From Podarcis gaigeae (Eukaryota), in assembly GCA_964106915.2 (NCBI GenBank), contig OZ066925.1: a stretch of 64,000 nucleotides of DNA, one strand, 5' to 3'. The position numbers were made by a program, and so were the translations under genes. The notes below the pieces were generated by a model, which made no database searches, was not told where the DNA came from, and saw only the letters and a list, made by a program, of their open reading frames with translations. The first letter of the stretch is position 1. Every line of letters begins with the position of its first letter. This document shows, piece after piece, positions 63,251-64,000 of the stretch.

Positions 63251-64000
63251 ATATTGACTTGTCATTTAGCAATTCCCAAGTTTATCTGTCAACCTCCTTC
63301 TCCCTCCCCCAGGCCTTCTACGGTATCTTTGGGCTGCCAAAACTGGCACAGGGCCACCAAGATTTTTCAGGCTCATTAGTCTGTTTTTACAGGTGTCAGT
63401 TATTCCATAACATCTACTCACCTAGCAAATGGGAGTTCTTGCCTGGTTATATCTTATGTATCATTAGTTCACAGAGCTTAGTCTGATGTTAATTTGTTAA
63501 AAGGCCAGTAACAGGAAAGACTGTGATGAAGGAATCTGACACAGGGAGACACAAGTGTTGATTCCTTATAATTGATTTGGCTGCATTCTCTGTGGCCTTC
63601 CAGCCAAGGACTCTGATTTTAAAGGCAGCTGCCATACTTGTCAGACTATCTGTCCATCTAGCCTAGTGACTACTCTGACTGGCAGCTGTTCTTCAAACTG
63701 CTCTCCAACAGAGAGAGGTTTTCCAATGTGAACTCAGTGTGGCGTTAGACGGGAAAGAGTTTACAGTGAAAGACACACAGACGATGCCACAGGTGGCAAG
63801 ATACTAGTCAGAGGAGAGATGGATTTAAATCCCAGGAAATGGATTTACCGGGTGGCCTTGCCCAGCTCACTAACCTCCAGCCTCCATAACCTCTGTACTG
63901 GAAATATCAATGGCAACCATCCTTCATAGGTATTCATGTGTTTTTAAATTTCCATTTATGAATCGCTTCCCATAAAGCATCAATAGTCAAACATAAATAT

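Overview
Eukaryotic (vertebrate) non-coding DNA, almost certainly from a squamate reptile and probably a lacertid lizard. This is inferred from Sauria SINEs, RTE-BovB and lizard-type MITEs. I found no recognisable host protein-coding exon, rRNA/tRNA gene or CRISPR array; the window reads as part of a very long intron or an intergenic region. It is densely filled with transposable elements. LINEs: a young 5'-truncated RTE-X-like LINE with an open RT frame and a 12-bp TSD (22143-24161, -), two BovB 3' fragments with TSDs, and Rex1/Babar, L1, CR1 and L2 fragments. SINEs: three Sauria SINEs plus tRNA- and 5S-derived SINEs. DNA elements: ten TA-flanked Tigger/pogo-like MITEs and many palindromic hAT-type MITEs. 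Nearly all ORFs in the track are TE-derived or chance. I did not find a new protein-coding system. The most notable signals are traces of local ectopic recombination between MITE copies. One is a 115-bp identical tract carrying private variants, shared by an inverted MITE pair 10.3 kb apart. The other is a MITE-end/spacer/hAT-MITE junction apparently copied from 38.0 kb into an old SINE at 48.5 kb. A Tigger-like element also carries a GC-rich array of long hairpins. Family names come from motif recall, not database searches.
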